Shown here: one piece after another, positions 9,950-20,026 of the stretch
Position numbering within the stretch: position 1 is the stretch's first letter
Layout of the letters: each line of letters starts with the position of its first letter
Origin: an uncultured Gammaproteobacteria bacterium
GTDB taxonomy: Bacteria; Patescibacteriota; Patescibacteriia; Magasanikbacterales; GCA-002688135
Length of the DNA stretch: 64,000 nucleotides
Direction: 5' to 3'
NCBI GenBank assembly: GCA_964536205.1
Contig: CAZHVT010000004.1
Span: 17,960 to 81,959 of the forward strand
Program-made: the position numbers and the translations under genes
Notes under the pieces: model-generated
Databases searched by the model: none
What the model saw: the letters and a program-made list of their open reading frames with translations, nothing else
Told to the model about the DNA's origin: nothing

Positions 9950-10234
9950 ATGTCTAGAAGTCTTAAAAAAGGACCATACGTTGACGAGAAACTGATGAAA
10001 AAAATCGGGAAGTTAAAGCAAGGTGATTCTACGGTCGTGAAAACCTGGGCTCGTCATTCAACAATCGCTCCGCAAATGGTGGGATTTACGATTGGTGTAC
10101 ACAATGGAAAGGATCATATTCCTGTGTATGTTGTTGAAAATATGGTTGGACATAAATTAGGTGAATTTGCTCCAACACGTAAATTTGTTCGTCATGGTGG
10201 TAAATTACAAAAGACACAAGAGAAGAAAAAATAG
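9950..10234 (+). CDS. rpsS: 30S ribosomal protein S19
   Basis: 94 aa, [12 protein letters not shown]... Confidence 0.95.
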   Translation: MSRSLKKGPYVDEKLMKKIGKLKQGDSTVVKTWARHSTIAPQMVGFTIGVHNGKDHIPVYVVENMVGHKLGEFAPTRKFVRHGGKLQKTQEKKK

Positions 10235-10237
10235 AAT

Positions 10238-10705
10238 ATGGATATTAAAGCACACGCAAAATTTGTTCGAATCTCACCACGCAAAGTTCGCTTGGTAACA
10301 GGTTTAGTGAAAGGCATGACAGTGCCGCATGCGTTGGTGCAATTAAAAATGACAACAAAACGATCAGCTCCAGTAGTCAAAAAGTTGATCGAATCAGCAA
10401 TGGCAAATGCTCGCCATAATTTCAAGGTAGACCCTGAAGCGCTTGTGATTTCAGAAGCGCTGGTGAACCAAGGGCCGACCATGAAAAGATGGCGACCGCG
10501 TGCCATGGGGCGTGCAGCGAAAATTCGCAAACGCACATCACATATCAGCATCACACTTTCAGATATGAAGGGAGATGCAAAACCAGTTGAAAAAACTGAA
10601 GCGGTAAAGGAAGAAAAACCAAAAGTCGAAGCAAAAAAGGATGCAGCAGAAGCTCCAAAGAAACCAGAAAAGAAGCAGGAAGAGGCAAAGGCCGCAAAAA
10701 AATAA
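10238..10705 (+). CDS. rplV: 50S ribosomal protein L22 with K/E/A-rich C-terminal extension
   Basis: N-terminal 110 aa match L22. The tail is EAVKEEKPKVEAKKDAAEAPKKPEKKQEEAKAAKK. Confidence 0.93.
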   Translation: MDIKAHAKFVRISPRKVRLVTGLVKGMTVPHALVQLKMTTKRSAPVVKKLIESAMANARHNFKVDPEALVISEALVNQGPTMKRWRPRAMGRAAKIRKRTSHISITLSDMKGDAKPVEKTEAVKEEKPKVEAKKDAAEAPKKPEKKQEEAKAAKK

Positions 10706-10735
10706 TTCTTGATTCATAATTCATAATTCCTACAC

Positions 10736-11383
10736 ATGGGTCACAAAGTACATCCAAAAATTTTCCGCATGCAGGTCATCTACAAATGGCCATCACGTTG
10801 GTTTGCGAAATTGAATAAAGAAGAGTATCGAAAAAATCTTCGACAAGATATTGAGATGCGCGAATTTATTCGTAAGCAATGTAAAGATGCGGGCGTGGAT
10901 GAAATTAAGGTAGAACGTGACTTATCAGGAGAGGTAACCATCACATTGACAGTCGCAAAGCCAGGGCTTATTATTGGTCGCGGTGGATCGGGTGTTGAGG
11001 ATCTCACAACAAAACTTGAAAAGAAGATTTTGAAGGGAAAGAATAAGATTCGCATGAATGTGGTTGAAATCAAGAAACCAAATCTTTCAGCTCGAGTTGT
11101 TGGAATGAACATGGCTGCAGATCTTGAAAAACGAATGCCATATCGTCGTGTATTGAAACAGGCACTTGATCGAGTTGATAAAGCAGGAGCAAAAGGTGTG
11201 CGCGTTATGGTTGCAGGTCGATTAAATGGTGCAGATATTGCTCGCCGCGAAACATTATCACGTGGAAAAATTCCTTTACAGAATCTTCGTGCAGATATTG
11301 ATTATGCGCGTGTGAATGCTCACACCATTTACGGAGTGATTGGAATTAAGGTATGGATTTATAAAGGTGAGGTGTTCGAATAA
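10736..11383 (+). CDS. rpsC: 30S ribosomal protein S3
   Basis: Begins [11 protein letters not shown] and contains a KH domain. Confidence 0.95.
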   Translation: MGHKVHPKIFRMQVIYKWPSRWFAKLNKEEYRKNLRQDIEMREFIRKQCKDAGVDEIKVERDLSGEVTITLTVAKPGLIIGRGGSGVEDLTTKLEKKILKGKNKIRMNVVEIKKPNLSARVVGMNMAADLEKRMPYRRVLKQALDRVDKAGAKGVRVMVAGRLNGADIARRETLSRGKIPLQNLRADIDYARVNAHTIYGVIGIKVWIYKGEVFE

Positions 11384-11388
11384 GTTAT

Positions 11389-11814
11389 ATGTTGATCCCA
11401 AAGAAAGTAAAACACAGAAAGTGGCATAAAGGACGTCGTCGCAACAAAGGTGTTGCACAAACAAAGACGACGGTTGATTTTGGTGCATATGGATTGAAAT
11501 CACAGTCACACGCTTGGGTAACATCCCGACAAATTGAGGCTGCACGTCGTGCAATTACACGTCACATCAAACGTGGTGGAAAGCTCTGGATTCGTATTTT
11601 CCCGGACAAACCAATTACCAAAAAAGGTAATGAAATGCCTATGGGAAAAGGAAAGGGAGCTGTTGATCACTATGTGGCAATTGTAAAACCAGGATGTATT
11701 ATTTTCGAATTGGATGGTGTTGAGAAAGATCTAGCGAGACGAGCATTCGAATTGGCAGCACACAAATTACCAGTCAAAACTTTGTTTGTTGAGAAAAATG
11801 AAATCAGAATTTAA
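11389..11814 (+). CDS. rplP: 50S ribosomal protein L16
   Basis: Begins [21 protein letters not shown]. Confidence 0.95.
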   Translation: MLIPKKVKHRKWHKGRRRNKGVAQTKTTVDFGAYGLKSQSHAWVTSRQIEAARRAITRHIKRGGKLWIRIFPDKPITKKGNEMPMGKGKGAVDHYVAIVKPGCIIFELDGVEKDLARRAFELAAHKLPVKTLFVEKNEIRI

Positions 11815-11819
11815 GTTAT

Positions 11820-12005
11820 ATGGCTAAGAAAGAAAAATTCTCAGTGCATGACACAAAAGCACTCAAACAAATGTTGAATGATAAACAAGTAGAACTTGCA
11901 GGATTAAGATTTCAAGCATCAAACAAAGCATTGAGACAGGTAAACAAAATTAGTATTGTTCGACGCGACATTGCTCGCATCAGAACAGCACTAGCACAAA
12001 AATAA
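11820..12005 (+). CDS. rpmC: 50S ribosomal protein L29
   Basis: 61 aa, operon position. Confidence 0.88.
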   Translation: MAKKEKFSVHDTKALKQMLNDKQVELAGLRFQASNKALRQVNKISIVRRDIARIRTALAQK

Positions 12006-12010
12006 TTAGT

Positions 12011-12283
12011 ATGGATAAAGGCACAACAACGCAAAAAGATGTCATCAAGCGAGTATTTTCTGGCGTGGTGGTAAAAAAGACAGCCGATAAAACGGTGCGT
12101 GTTAAAGTTGCGCGAACAGTTGTGCACAGTAAATACAAAAAACGATATACAAGACATGAAAATTATCTCGTCCATGATCCAAAAAATCAGTTTGAGGTAG
12201 GTCAAAAAGTTTCGTTTGAACAATGTCGTCCCATTTCAAAAATGAAACGATGGCGAGTATTGTACGAATCAGCAAAGAAATAA
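12011..12283 (+). CDS. rpsQ: 30S ribosomal protein S17
   Basis: 90 aa, S17 family. Confidence 0.9.
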   Translation: MDKGTTTQKDVIKRVFSGVVVKKTADKTVRVKVARTVVHSKYKKRYTRHENYLVHDPKNQFEVGQKVSFEQCRPISKMKRWRVLYESAKK

Positions 12284-12284
12284 T

Positions 12285-12656
12285 ATGTTACAACAAGAGT
12301 CAAAATTGTTATCAGCAGATAATAGTGGCGCAAAGCGGCTCAAGGTTATTCGTGTTCTTGGAGGATATAAAAAACGCTATGCGAGAATCGGCGATATCAT
12401 TACATGTTCAGTAAAAGAAGCAACTCCACGCGGACAAGTAAAAAAGGGTGAGGTGGTACATGTGGTATTGGTACGAAGCAAAAAAGAGACAGTACGTCCT
12501 GATGGAACAGCAGTACGATTTTCAGAAAACGCCGGGGTAATTATCGATAAGAAAAATAAGGAACCGCGAGCAACACGTATTTTCGGTCCAGTCGCTCGTG
12601 AATTACGCGCAATGGGATATAACAAAATTATCTCACTCGCACCTGAAGTACTCTAA
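12285..12656 (+). CDS. rplN: 50S ribosomal protein L14
   Basis: 123 aa, [17 protein letters not shown]... Confidence 0.95.
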   Translation: MLQQESKLLSADNSGAKRLKVIRVLGGYKKRYARIGDIITCSVKEATPRGQVKKGEVVHVVLVRSKKETVRPDGTAVRFSENAGVIIDKKNKEPRATRIFGPVARELRAMGYNKIISLAPEVL

Positions 12657-12657
12657 A

Positions 12658-12727
12658 AGCGATTAGCGATTAGCGTCTAGCGTTTAGAAAAAATTCTAAT
12701 CGCTAGACGCTGTACGCTAAACGCTAC
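12658..12727. repeat. word-built imperfect palindrome, family 1, copy b
   Basis: AGCGATTAGCGATTAGCGTCTAGCGTTTAGAAAAAATTCTAATCGCTAGACGCTGTACGCTAAACGCT, nearly identical to copy a. Lies between rplN and rplX. Confidence 0.7.
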
Positions 12728-12733
12728 AAAATT

Positions 12734-12979
12734 ATGGCTAAACAACACGTAACATCTGGAGATAACGTCAAAGTGCTTGCCGGTAAAGACAAAGGTAAAA
12801 CCGGTAAGATTCTTCAGGTATTTCCAAAAAAGAATCGCGTTGTTGTTGAAGGTGTAAATGTCATGAAAAAACATTTGAAATCACGCGGAAATGAAAAAGG
12901 ACAAGTAATTGAACTATCAGCGCCTATCCATATTTCAAATGTGAAGAAAGTAGCTGAAGAAAAACCAGCTAAGAAATAA
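12734..12979 (+). CDS. rplX: 50S ribosomal protein L24
   Basis: 81 aa, KOW motif. Confidence 0.9.
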   Translation: MAKQHVTSGDNVKVLAGKDKGKTGKILQVFPKKNRVVVEGVNVMKKHLKSRGNEKGQVIELSAPIHISNVKKVAEEKPAKK

Positions 12980-12980
12980 T

Positions 12981-13532
12981 ATGTCAGCACTCAAAGAATT
13001 GTACAACACAGCAGTACTGCCGAAACTCAAGCAAGAACTTGGGTGTGACAACGTGCATGCATGTCCAAAACTTGAAAAAGTTGTTGTTCATGTAGGCTTT
13101 GGAAAACATGCAAAAGATGGTGAGTATATCAAAAATGTAAAAAAGACATTGCGAAACATTACAGGACAAGAACCTGTAGATGCACCCGCAAAGAAATCAA
13201 TTTCAAACTTTAAGGTTCGTGAAGGAAATATTATTGGCGCAAAAGTTACGCTACGTGGGAAATTGATGTATGACTTCGTGGAACGTATTATCAATGTGAC
13301 ACTGCCGCGAGTTCCGGATTTCCGTGGATTGAAAGTAAAAAATATTGATAGTAATGGAAACATGAATTTCGGATTTAAAGACCAGATCGCATTTCCAGAA
13401 AGTTCGCCAGAAGATATTCATAATCCGCATGGTGTACAAGTTACAGTTGTTACGACAGCAGATAATCACAAAGATGGGTTTATGTTGTTGGACACACTCG
13501 GATTTCCATTTGCAAAGGAAGAAACTAAATAA
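12981..13532 (+). CDS. rplE: 50S ribosomal protein L5
   Basis: 183 aa, L5 family. Confidence 0.95.
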   Translation: MSALKELYNTAVLPKLKQELGCDNVHACPKLEKVVVHVGFGKHAKDGEYIKNVKKTLRNITGQEPVDAPAKKSISNFKVREGNIIGAKVTLRGKLMYDFVERIINVTLPRVPDFRGLKVKNIDSNGNMNFGFKDQIAFPESSPEDIHNPHGVQVTVVTTADNHKDGFMLLDTLGFPFAKEETK

Positions 13533-13537
13533 CTCAT

Positions 13538-13723
13538 ATGGCTACAAAAGCTCAGATAATCAAATCTCAAAAGAAGCAAAAGTTCTCAACGCGTGGTGTG
13601 AACAGATGTTGGCGTTGTGGACGAAAACGCGGATACATGAGAAAATTTGATCTCTGCAGAATTTGTTTCCGTGAATTAGCTAACGCCGGACAAATTCCGG
13701 GAGTACGTAAATCATCTTGGTAA
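13538..13723 (+). CDS. rpsN: 30S ribosomal protein S14, zinc-binding short form (type Z)
   Basis: 61 aa with CWRCGRKRG...CRICFRE (a CxxC...CxxC zinc motif). Confidence 0.9.
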   Translation: MATKAQIIKSQKKQKFSTRGVNRCWRCGRKRGYMRKFDLCRICFRELANAGQIPGVRKSSW

Positions 13724-13727
13724 ATAT

Positions 13728-14120
13728 ATGATGACAGATCCAATCGCAGACATGTTGACCAGAATTAGAAACGCATGTATGGTACGCAAACCATCAGTGT
13801 CTTTGCCGTACTCAAAATTGAAATTTGCGATTGCACAGAAAATGGCTGAAGCAGGATATGTGAAAGAGGTTGTAAAGGAAGATGGTGCTGGAAAACCAAC
13901 CATGACCATTTCACTCAAATACAAAGGCAAGCTTCCACATATTACAGAAATCACACGTGTAAGTAAGCCCGGATTGCGTATTTACGTGAAATCAGACGCA
14001 ATTCCTAAAGTGAAAGGTGGATACGGAACAGCATTTTTATCAACATCACAAGGTTTAATGACAGACGAGCAGGCGCGCGAAAAGGGCGTCGGAGGAGAGC
14101 TTGTATGCACACTATATTAA
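13728..14120 (+). CDS. rpsH: 30S ribosomal protein S8
   Basis: 130 aa, MMTDPIADMLTRIRNA... Confidence 0.95.
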   Translation: MMTDPIADMLTRIRNACMVRKPSVSLPYSKLKFAIAQKMAEAGYVKEVVKEDGAGKPTMTISLKYKGKLPHITEITRVSKPGLRIYVKSDAIPKVKGGYGTAFLSTSQGLMTDEQAREKGVGGELVCTLY

Positions 14121-14160
14121 GGAGGATCATTCAAAATAAGTACTGATTGAATATATGACA

Positions 14161-14249
14161 TCCACTTCTGCTAAAAAGGGTTCAAAGCTCGTCAACGATG
14201 CGTCCGGCATCGCTTCCTCGCTTGTTCACCCTTTTTATCTAGAAGTGGA
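14161..14249 (+). ncRNA. candidate structured RNA element, copy B, in the rpsH-rplF spacer
   Basis: Outer stem TCCACTTCTGCTAAAAAGGG / CCCTTTTTATCTAGAAGTGGA enclosing the core TTCAAAGCTCGTCAACGATGC-GTCCG-GCATCGCTTCCTCGCTTGTTCAC. About 80% identical to the copy A core. Confidence 0.4.
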
Positions 14250-14288
14250 GGCCATCTATCCTAATCAGTATTATTCCGAATAATCCAT

Positions 14289-14834
14289 ATGTCACGTATC
14301 GGACGAAAACCCATTACGATTCCGGAGGGCGTCAAAGTCGCAATTAGCGATGGGTATATTGTGGTTAACGGACCAAAAGGTGAATTGAAACAAACAACAA
14401 ATCCTGCGGTAAATATTGATATTAAAGATAATGTAATTGGAGTAACAGTGAATCAACCTGAAGATAAGAAGGAGCGAGCATTGTGGGGGTTGTATGGATC
14501 ACTTGTCGCCAACATGATTACAGGAGTCACAGAGGGTTACGAAAAACAGTTGGAAGTTCGTGGTGTTGGATTTAAAAGTAAAGTAGATGGAAAGAAATTG
14601 GTTTTGGATGTCGGATATTCTCATCAAGTAAATTACGAGATTCCAGAAGGCATTGAAATCAAGGCAGAAAAAAACATTTTAACAATTACAGGAATTGATA
14701 AACAACAAGTTGGATTTGTCGCAAGTCGTATTCGGTCAGTTCGAAAACCTGAACCATATAAGGGGAAAGGAATTCGATATGTCGACGAACAAGTCCAAAT
14801 GAAAGCTGGTAAAGCAGCAAAGGCTGCAGGATAA
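14289..14834 (+). CDS. rplF: 50S ribosomal protein L6
   Basis: 181 aa, MSRIGRKPITIPEGVKV... Confidence 0.95.
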   Translation: MSRIGRKPITIPEGVKVAISDGYIVVNGPKGELKQTTNPAVNIDIKDNVIGVTVNQPEDKKERALWGLYGSLVANMITGVTEGYEKQLEVRGVGFKSKVDGKKLVLDVGYSHQVNYEIPEGIEIKAEKNILTITGIDKQQVGFVASRIRSVRKPEPYKGKGIRYVDEQVQMKAGKAAKAAG

Positions 14835-14837
14835 CAT

Positions 14838-15215
14838 ATGAAAACAGCACACAAAACATCAAATAAAGTTGTTGCGAAAAAAAGACGTCAAAAGCGCGTA
14901 CGCGCACAGATTTCTGGTACCGCAACTCGACCGCGTTTGGCTGTTTTCAGATCAAACACTGCAATACGCGCACAACTTATCGATGACGTAAAAGGCACAA
15001 CATTAGTTTCTGTTGATTCAAAAAAAATGGATGAAAAAGACGCAGGCGAGAGAAAAGCAAAAGTCGCACGAGCATTTAATGTGGGACGTGAAGTTGCAAA
15101 ACAAGCTCAAGCAAAAAAAATAGATACAATTGTATTTGATCGTGCAGGATATGCATATCATGGCCAAGTCAAAGCGGTCGCCGATGGCGCACGCGAAGGC
15201 GGCCTTCAATTTTAG
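14838..15215 (+). CDS. rplR: 50S ribosomal protein L18
   Basis: 125 aa, RPRLAVFRSN motif region. Confidence 0.9.
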   Translation: MKTAHKTSNKVVAKKRRQKRVRAQISGTATRPRLAVFRSNTAIRAQLIDDVKGTTLVSVDSKKMDEKDAGERKAKVARAFNVGREVAKQAQAKKIDTIVFDRAGYAYHGQVKAVADGAREGGLQF

Positions 15216-15223
15216 GAACTTAT

Positions 15224-15760
15224 ATGCCAGAAGCAGCAACAGTACAAAAAAAGCAGCAAGGAAATCGAGGAAGAAATCAACGTCCTCGTGGTAACAGACG
15301 ACCACGTCGTGAAGAGCGTGAATTCGAACAACGCGTAGTAGATCTTGCGCGTGTCACGCGTGTGACATCTGGTGGAAAACGAATGAGCTTTCGTGCGACT
15401 GTTGTGGTTGGTGATAAAAAAGGAAGAGTAGGTTACGGAATCGCAAAAGGAAAAGATGTGCAAGCAGCAATTCAAAAAGCTGTAGCAAAAGGTGAAAAAT
15501 CCGTCATTCGTGTTCCCATGAAAAAGAATACGATCCCGCACGCAATCAACAAAAAATTCAAAGCAGCAAAAGTTTTATTGAAACCAGCTCCAGATGGTAC
15601 AGGAGTTATTGCAGGTGGTGCGGTTCGTATCGTATTAGAATTATCAGGAATTAAAGATATTGTTGGAAAGATGCTTGGATCAACAAGTAAACACAACAAT
15701 GTACATGCAACCATCGAAGCACTAAAAGACTTGCAGTTGGCTGCAGCAAAAAAAGCATAA
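15224..15760 (+). CDS. rpsE: 30S ribosomal protein S5 with RG-rich N-terminal extension
   Basis: 178 aa. The S5 dsRBD plus C-terminal domain follow a QQGNRGRNQRPRGNRRPRREE head. Confidence 0.95.
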   Translation: MPEAATVQKKQQGNRGRNQRPRGNRRPRREEREFEQRVVDLARVTRVTSGGKRMSFRATVVVGDKKGRVGYGIAKGKDVQAAIQKAVAKGEKSVIRVPMKKNTIPHAINKKFKAAKVLLKPAPDGTGVIAGGAVRIVLELSGIKDIVGKMLGSTSKHNNVHATIEALKDLQLAAAKKA

Positions 15761-15764
15761 ATAT

Positions 15765-16190
15765 ATGTCGTTATCTCTCAACACCCTCACCAAAAAAGGT
15801 AAGAATGCAAAACCTCGTCGTGGACGCGGTAATGCTTCTGGTGCAGGAACATATTCAGGAAGGGGAATGAAAGGGCAAAAATCTCGCTCAGGTTCTTCTG
15901 GTTTGAAAGAAATGGCATTGCGGCGCGTAGTCCAGCGAATTCCAAAAAAACGTGGATTTAAGCCAGTTCGAACAAAACCAGAAGGTGTAACATTGGCAAC
16001 TATCGAGAAACATTTTGAAGAAAATGCTATAATCACTCCTAAGGTTCTACGAAAAGCTGGATACATCAAGACTCCGCAAGTACGCATCATAAACACAGGT
16101 ACACTCAAAAAGAAATTTTCATTTAAATCATGCAATGTAACTGAAGGCGCACGCGCAGCTATTGAAGCGGCTGGTGGAACTATTGCATAG
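15765..16190 (+). CDS. rplO: 50S ribosomal protein L15. Follows rpsE directly, so no L30 gene
   Basis: 141 aa with a G/R-rich N-terminus typical of L15. Only 4 nt separate rpsE and rplO. Confidence 0.9.
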   Translation: MSLSLNTLTKKGKNAKPRRGRGNASGAGTYSGRGMKGQKSRSGSSGLKEMALRRVVQRIPKKRGFKPVRTKPEGVTLATIEKHFEENAIITPKVLRKAGYIKTPQVRIINTGTLKKKFSFKSCNVTEGARAAIEAAGGTIA

Positions 16191-16306
16191 AAGATGCGTA
16201 AATCGTAAATCGTAAAGCGTAATGAGGGAAAAGGTATCGCTGCACGCGATCTATTAATATGTCGCCCTTGGCGACTCCGCTACCCGCATTACGAGTTACT
16301 AATAGT

Positions 16307-17581
16307 ATGATCGAGCAACTAAAGAAAATCTGGAAGATCAAAGAATTGCGTAACAGCATTCTTTTTGTCATTGGTACACTTATAATTTTCCGCATTGTTG
16401 CACATATTCCATTACCGGGAGTAGACGTAGCAAGTTTGCGTCAATTCTTCAGCAACAATCAATTACTCGGATTGTTGAATATTTTCTCCGGTGGAACACT
16501 TCAGAATTTCTCCGTTATTGTGATGGGTGTTGGTCCATTTATTACCGCATCCATTATTCTGCAATTGCTGACAATGGTAATTCCAAAACTAGAAGAACTT
16601 TCAAAAGAAGGAGAATACGGACAAAAGAAAATCAACCAATATACACGATTGCTCACCGTCCCACTTTCATTTCTACAAGGATACGGAACAATCCAACTCA
16701 TCAATCAGTCAGCACACAACATCTTCCCAGACCTCACAGGATTCATGATGTTAAAAACACTTCTGACAGTTACAGCTGGAACAATATTCCTCATGTGGCT
16801 CGGTGAGTTAATTTCAGAAAAAAACATCGGAAACGGAATCTCATTCCTCATCTTCGCAGGTATTATTGCTGGATTGCCACAATTCGTACAACAAGCTGCC
16901 GTAACATTTACTGAGGCAGACTTCATCACATACTTACTCTACGCAATCCTAACTGTCGGAACGGTCGCTGGTGTGGTCTACATTACGGAAGCGCAGCGAA
17001 ACATTCCTGTGGTGTATGCACGTCATGTACGTGGTTCACGAATGGGCGGAGGATCACGATCATTTCTGCCATTGCGTTTAAATATGGGTGGAATGATCCC
17101 CATCATTTTCGCAATTTCTGTTGTGCTATTCCCATCACTAATCGCACAATTTTTCATCAATGCACAAACCCCTTGGGTCGCAAACTTCGCGGCCAACACT
17201 ATCGCATTCTTTGAAAACCAATTCTACTACGGATTATTCTATTTTGCGCTCGTGATGATTTTCACATTCTTCTACGCATCTGTCATTTTCCATCCAGAAA
17301 AAATCGCAGAGAATTTACAAAAACAAGGGGGATTCATTCCAGGTATTCGACCAGGAAAACACACACAAGAATACATCAACACCATCAAAAACCGCATCCT
17401 ACTTTTCGGAGCACTTTTCTTGTCAGTGATCGCAGTTTTCCCATTAGTACTCCAAGCATTCACAAACACAACAGTCCTCACGATCGGTGGTGTAAGTATT
17501 CTGATCGTCGTGGCTGTTGTCATCGACATCATCAAAAAAATCGAAGCTCAAATACAAATGAGAGCATACGATCAAGTCTAA
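16307..17581 (+). CDS. secY: preprotein translocase subunit SecY; alternative upstream start at 16259
   Basis: 10-TM protein. MIEQLKKIWKIKELRNSILFVIGTL matches the SecY N-terminus. Confidence 0.93.
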   Translation: MIEQLKKIWKIKELRNSILFVIGTLIIFRIVAHIPLPGVDVASLRQFFSNNQLLGLLNIFSGGTLQNFSVIVMGVGPFITASIILQLLTMVIPKLEELSKEGEYGQKKINQYTRLLTVPLSFLQGYGTIQLINQSAHNIFPDLTGFMMLKTLLTVTAGTIFLMWLGELISEKNIGNGISFLIFAGIIAGLPQFVQQAAVTFTEADFITYLLYAILTVGTVAGVVYITEAQRNIPVVYARHVRGSRMGGGSRSFLPLRLNMGGMIPIIFAISVVLFPSLIAQFFINAQTPWVANFAANTIAFFENQFYYGLFYFALVMIFTFFYASVIFHPEKIAENLQKQGGFIPGIRPGKHTQEYINTIKNRILLFGALFLSVIAVFPLVLQAFTNTTVLTIGGVSILIVVAVVIDIIKKIEAQIQMRAYDQV

Positions 17582-17636
17582 GCTGTCATCCTGTAGTCGT
17601 ACGGGATCCATGCCACTAATCGAGAGAAATGAAGTC

Positions 17637-17659
17637 AAATCCCTATACATGGGATTTTT
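17637..17659 (+). terminator. rho-independent terminator after secY
   Basis: AAATCCC-tatacat-GGGATTTTT. Confidence 0.55.
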
Positions 17660-17732
17660 ACTTTACCATAGACAAACCCACAAAAATCAACTAAAGTAAT
17701 CAGAGTTCATTGAAACAAAAGAGGTGCAACAT

Positions 17733-18395
17733 ATGAAAGGACAAGCTATGGAACATGATGAAGGTACGCAAGAAGCTGATGAAGAAGTCAAAGGCTTTGA
17801 TTTCTTGAGCGACATGATCGGACAAGAAGTAATGGAAACCGCGCTAAGAAATGGCCTATCCTTAAGTGATTTTCGTAAACTAGGTGAAGATGCGCTGATG
17901 CAACAAATTGCCCCAACAATCAAAGCATACACAACAGGAGCTGGCGATGCTGATATGGAGAATCAAGTAAAAGCAGAGATAGAAAAAAACATCATCGATT
18001 GCGATGCGAGTCCATTCATTCACGACGGGTGGTCCGTCTATCCTGGAAATCACATCAAGGGTGGTCAACTCGAGTGGGATCCGGGGAAAATCGAGCTCTG
18101 GCTCTCGCAAGAACAGAAAAACAGTTCGATTCCAGGACACGAGCTGCGCAAGCAGCTAGTAGAACAGAAACCACTGAATGCCAACGTGCTGGACTACCTG
18201 CTAGCCAACCCTCACCTCATTCCCGAGAAGTGGAAGGGTCAGTACGTCTTCTTCTGGGGAACCATTTACCGCGGCCGGCGCGGCAACCTGCTTGTCCGTT
18301 GTCTTTGCTGGAGTAGTGATGCCTGGCACGGGCACTATCACTGGCTGGGCAATCGCTGGACCGACGGCCATCCGGCGTTGGTGCTCGCACCGTAA
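17733..18395 (+). CDS. hypothetical protein; the 3' half is GC-rich, unlike flanking DNA
   Basis: RBS AAGAGG sits 8 nt before ATG 17733. Inserted between secY and adk. Composition shifts at about 18040. Confidence 0.45.
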   Translation: MKGQAMEHDEGTQEADEEVKGFDFLSDMIGQEVMETALRNGLSLSDFRKLGEDALMQQIAPTIKAYTTGAGDADMENQVKAEIEKNIIDCDASPFIHDGWSVYPGNHIKGGQLEWDPGKIELWLSQEQKNSSIPGHELRKQLVEQKPLNANVLDYLLANPHLIPEKWKGQYVFFWGTIYRGRRGNLLVRCLCWSSDAWHGHYHWLGNRWTDGHPALVLAP

Positions 18396-18470
18396 CTAGC
18401 CCTTTGGGCTCACATACTTAGTACTACTAGTCCTCGACCCTTAGTTCTTTGTCCTTAATATTTTAATCCA

Positions 18471-18512
18471 CAGACCTACAATGGTGCAACGCACTGGTGT
18501 AGGTCTTTTTTA
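18471..18512 (+). terminator. terminator hairpin plus T-run
   Basis: AGACCTACA-(17-nt loop)-TGTAGGTCT-TTTTT. Confidence 0.5.
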
Positions 18513-18513
18513 T

Positions 18514-18542
18514 TTGTCATCAAAGCAAAATTTCCTTATAAT
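18514..18542 (+). promoter_or_regulatory. sigma70-type promoter for adk-map
   Basis: TTGTCA, 17 nt, TATAAT. Confidence 0.5.
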
Positions 18543-18575
18543 ACAGCTGTATTTACATAATCAAAAAAACCTCAT

Positions 18576-19253
18576 ATGGCACCCAGCCAAGAACTTGAGG
18601 GTGGTCCGCCGATTATCATCGTGTTGGGTCCGCCAGGTTCCGGAAAAGGAACACAAGCGCAGCGCTTGAAAGATCGCTGTAATATGTCACATTTATCACC
18701 AGGAGCACTCCTGCGAGAGCTCAAGAAAAAAGATCCAAAAAAACTTCCGCCAAAAACACGGCGTGAATTAAAGAAGATGGAAAGAGGTGATATGGTAGGG
18801 CATTGGTTGGTGTATGATCTCATGTTTCCCAAAATCAAAAAAGCATTAAAAAAAGGAAACGGAGTTATTATTGATGGAGCCATTCGTACAGTAGAACAGG
18901 TTGAAGGTTATACAGAATTTTTTGAAAAAAATGACTTGATGAATCGAGTGATCGTAGTATACGTGCATGTTGCAAAAGTTGAGGCCGTAAAACGATTGAA
19001 AGCGCGAAGAATTAAAGTAAATGGAAAATGGACAAAGCGCGATGATGATGTCAACAAAAAAGCAATGGAACATCGATTCGCTGTACAAGGAAACGCAGCA
19101 CAGCGACCAGTATTAGCTGCACTAAAAAAACATGTGTTAGTTGAAAAAGTTGATGGACACGGAACCATCAATCAAATCGAAAAACGCATCGCAAATCAAT
19201 TAGTAAAAAAAGGAGCTCTCAAGAAAAAAAGTGGGAAGTACATCTGTATATGA
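18576..19253 (+). CDS. adk: adenylate kinase
   Basis: P-loop IIVLGPPGSGKGTQAQRL, 225 aa. Confidence 0.88.
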   Translation: MAPSQELEGGPPIIIVLGPPGSGKGTQAQRLKDRCNMSHLSPGALLRELKKKDPKKLPPKTRRELKKMERGDMVGHWLVYDLMFPKIKKALKKGNGVIIDGAIRTVEQVEGYTEFFEKNDLMNRVIVVYVHVAKVEAVKRLKARRIKVNGKWTKRDDDVNKKAMEHRFAVQGNAAQRPVLAALKKHVLVEKVDGHGTINQIEKRIANQLVKKGALKKKSGKYICI

Positions 19254-20026
19254 GCCTCATTAAATCGAAAGAAGATATTGACTTGATAAGAGAAGGAGGG
19301 CATAAACTTTCACGTATTGTGGAAGATCTTGTGAAACTCGTAAAACCTGGGGCGAAAACAGATGATATAGATAAAGCTGCGGAAGATGCAATTGTTGCAC
19401 TAGGCGCACGCCCAGCATTTTTGAACTATGCGCCAGGTGGGCACAATCCATTCAATTCAACAATCTGTGCATGTATTAATGAAGAAGTTGTACATGGCCC
19501 AGCTCATCCAGGGCGTGAATTAAAGGAAGGAGATATTTTTTCGATAGATATTGGAATGGAATATAAGGGGCGATATACTGACATGGCGGTGACTGTTCCG
19601 GTTGGAAAAATTTCAGACGAAGCAGAAAAAATAATTGATGTCGCAAAGCGATCTTTTTTTGCAGGGTTAGAAGGGATTAAATCTGGCGCATCTTTAAATG
19701 TAATTGGAAAAGCTGTACAAAAGCTTGTTGAGGGAGAGGGGTATCATATTGTTCGCGCATTGGTAGGGCATGGTGTGGGCCATGCAGTTCATGAAGATCC
19801 ACAAGTTCCAAATTTTGATGATCCGCGCGCAGAAAAAATCATCTTGGAAGAAGGAATGGTGTTGGCGATCGAACCTATGGTCACAACACATTCATATGAA
19901 GTAGAAACTGCGCCCGATGGTTGGACAGTTATTCCAAAAGATGGAGGATTGTCAGCACATTGGGAGCATACGATAGTAGTGACAAAAGATGGACACGAAA
20001 TACTGACACAATATGTCGAAGCTTGA
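19250..20026 (+). CDS. map: methionine aminopeptidase type I
   Basis: 258 aa with metal-ligand motifs (DIGMEYKGRYTDM, HGVGHAVHE). Overlaps the adk stop by 4 nt. Confidence 0.93.
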   Translation: MSLIKSKEDIDLIREGGHKLSRIVEDLVKLVKPGAKTDDIDKAAEDAIVALGARPAFLNYAPGGHNPFNSTICACINEEVVHGPAHPGRELKEGDIFSIDIGMEYKGRYTDMAVTVPVGKISDEAEKIIDVAKRSFFAGLEGIKSGASLNVIGKAVQKLVEGEGYHIVRALVGHGVGHAVHEDPQVPNFDDPRAEKIILEEGMVLAIEPMVTTHSYEVETAPDGWTVIPKDGGLSAHWEHTIVVTKDGHEILTQYVEA

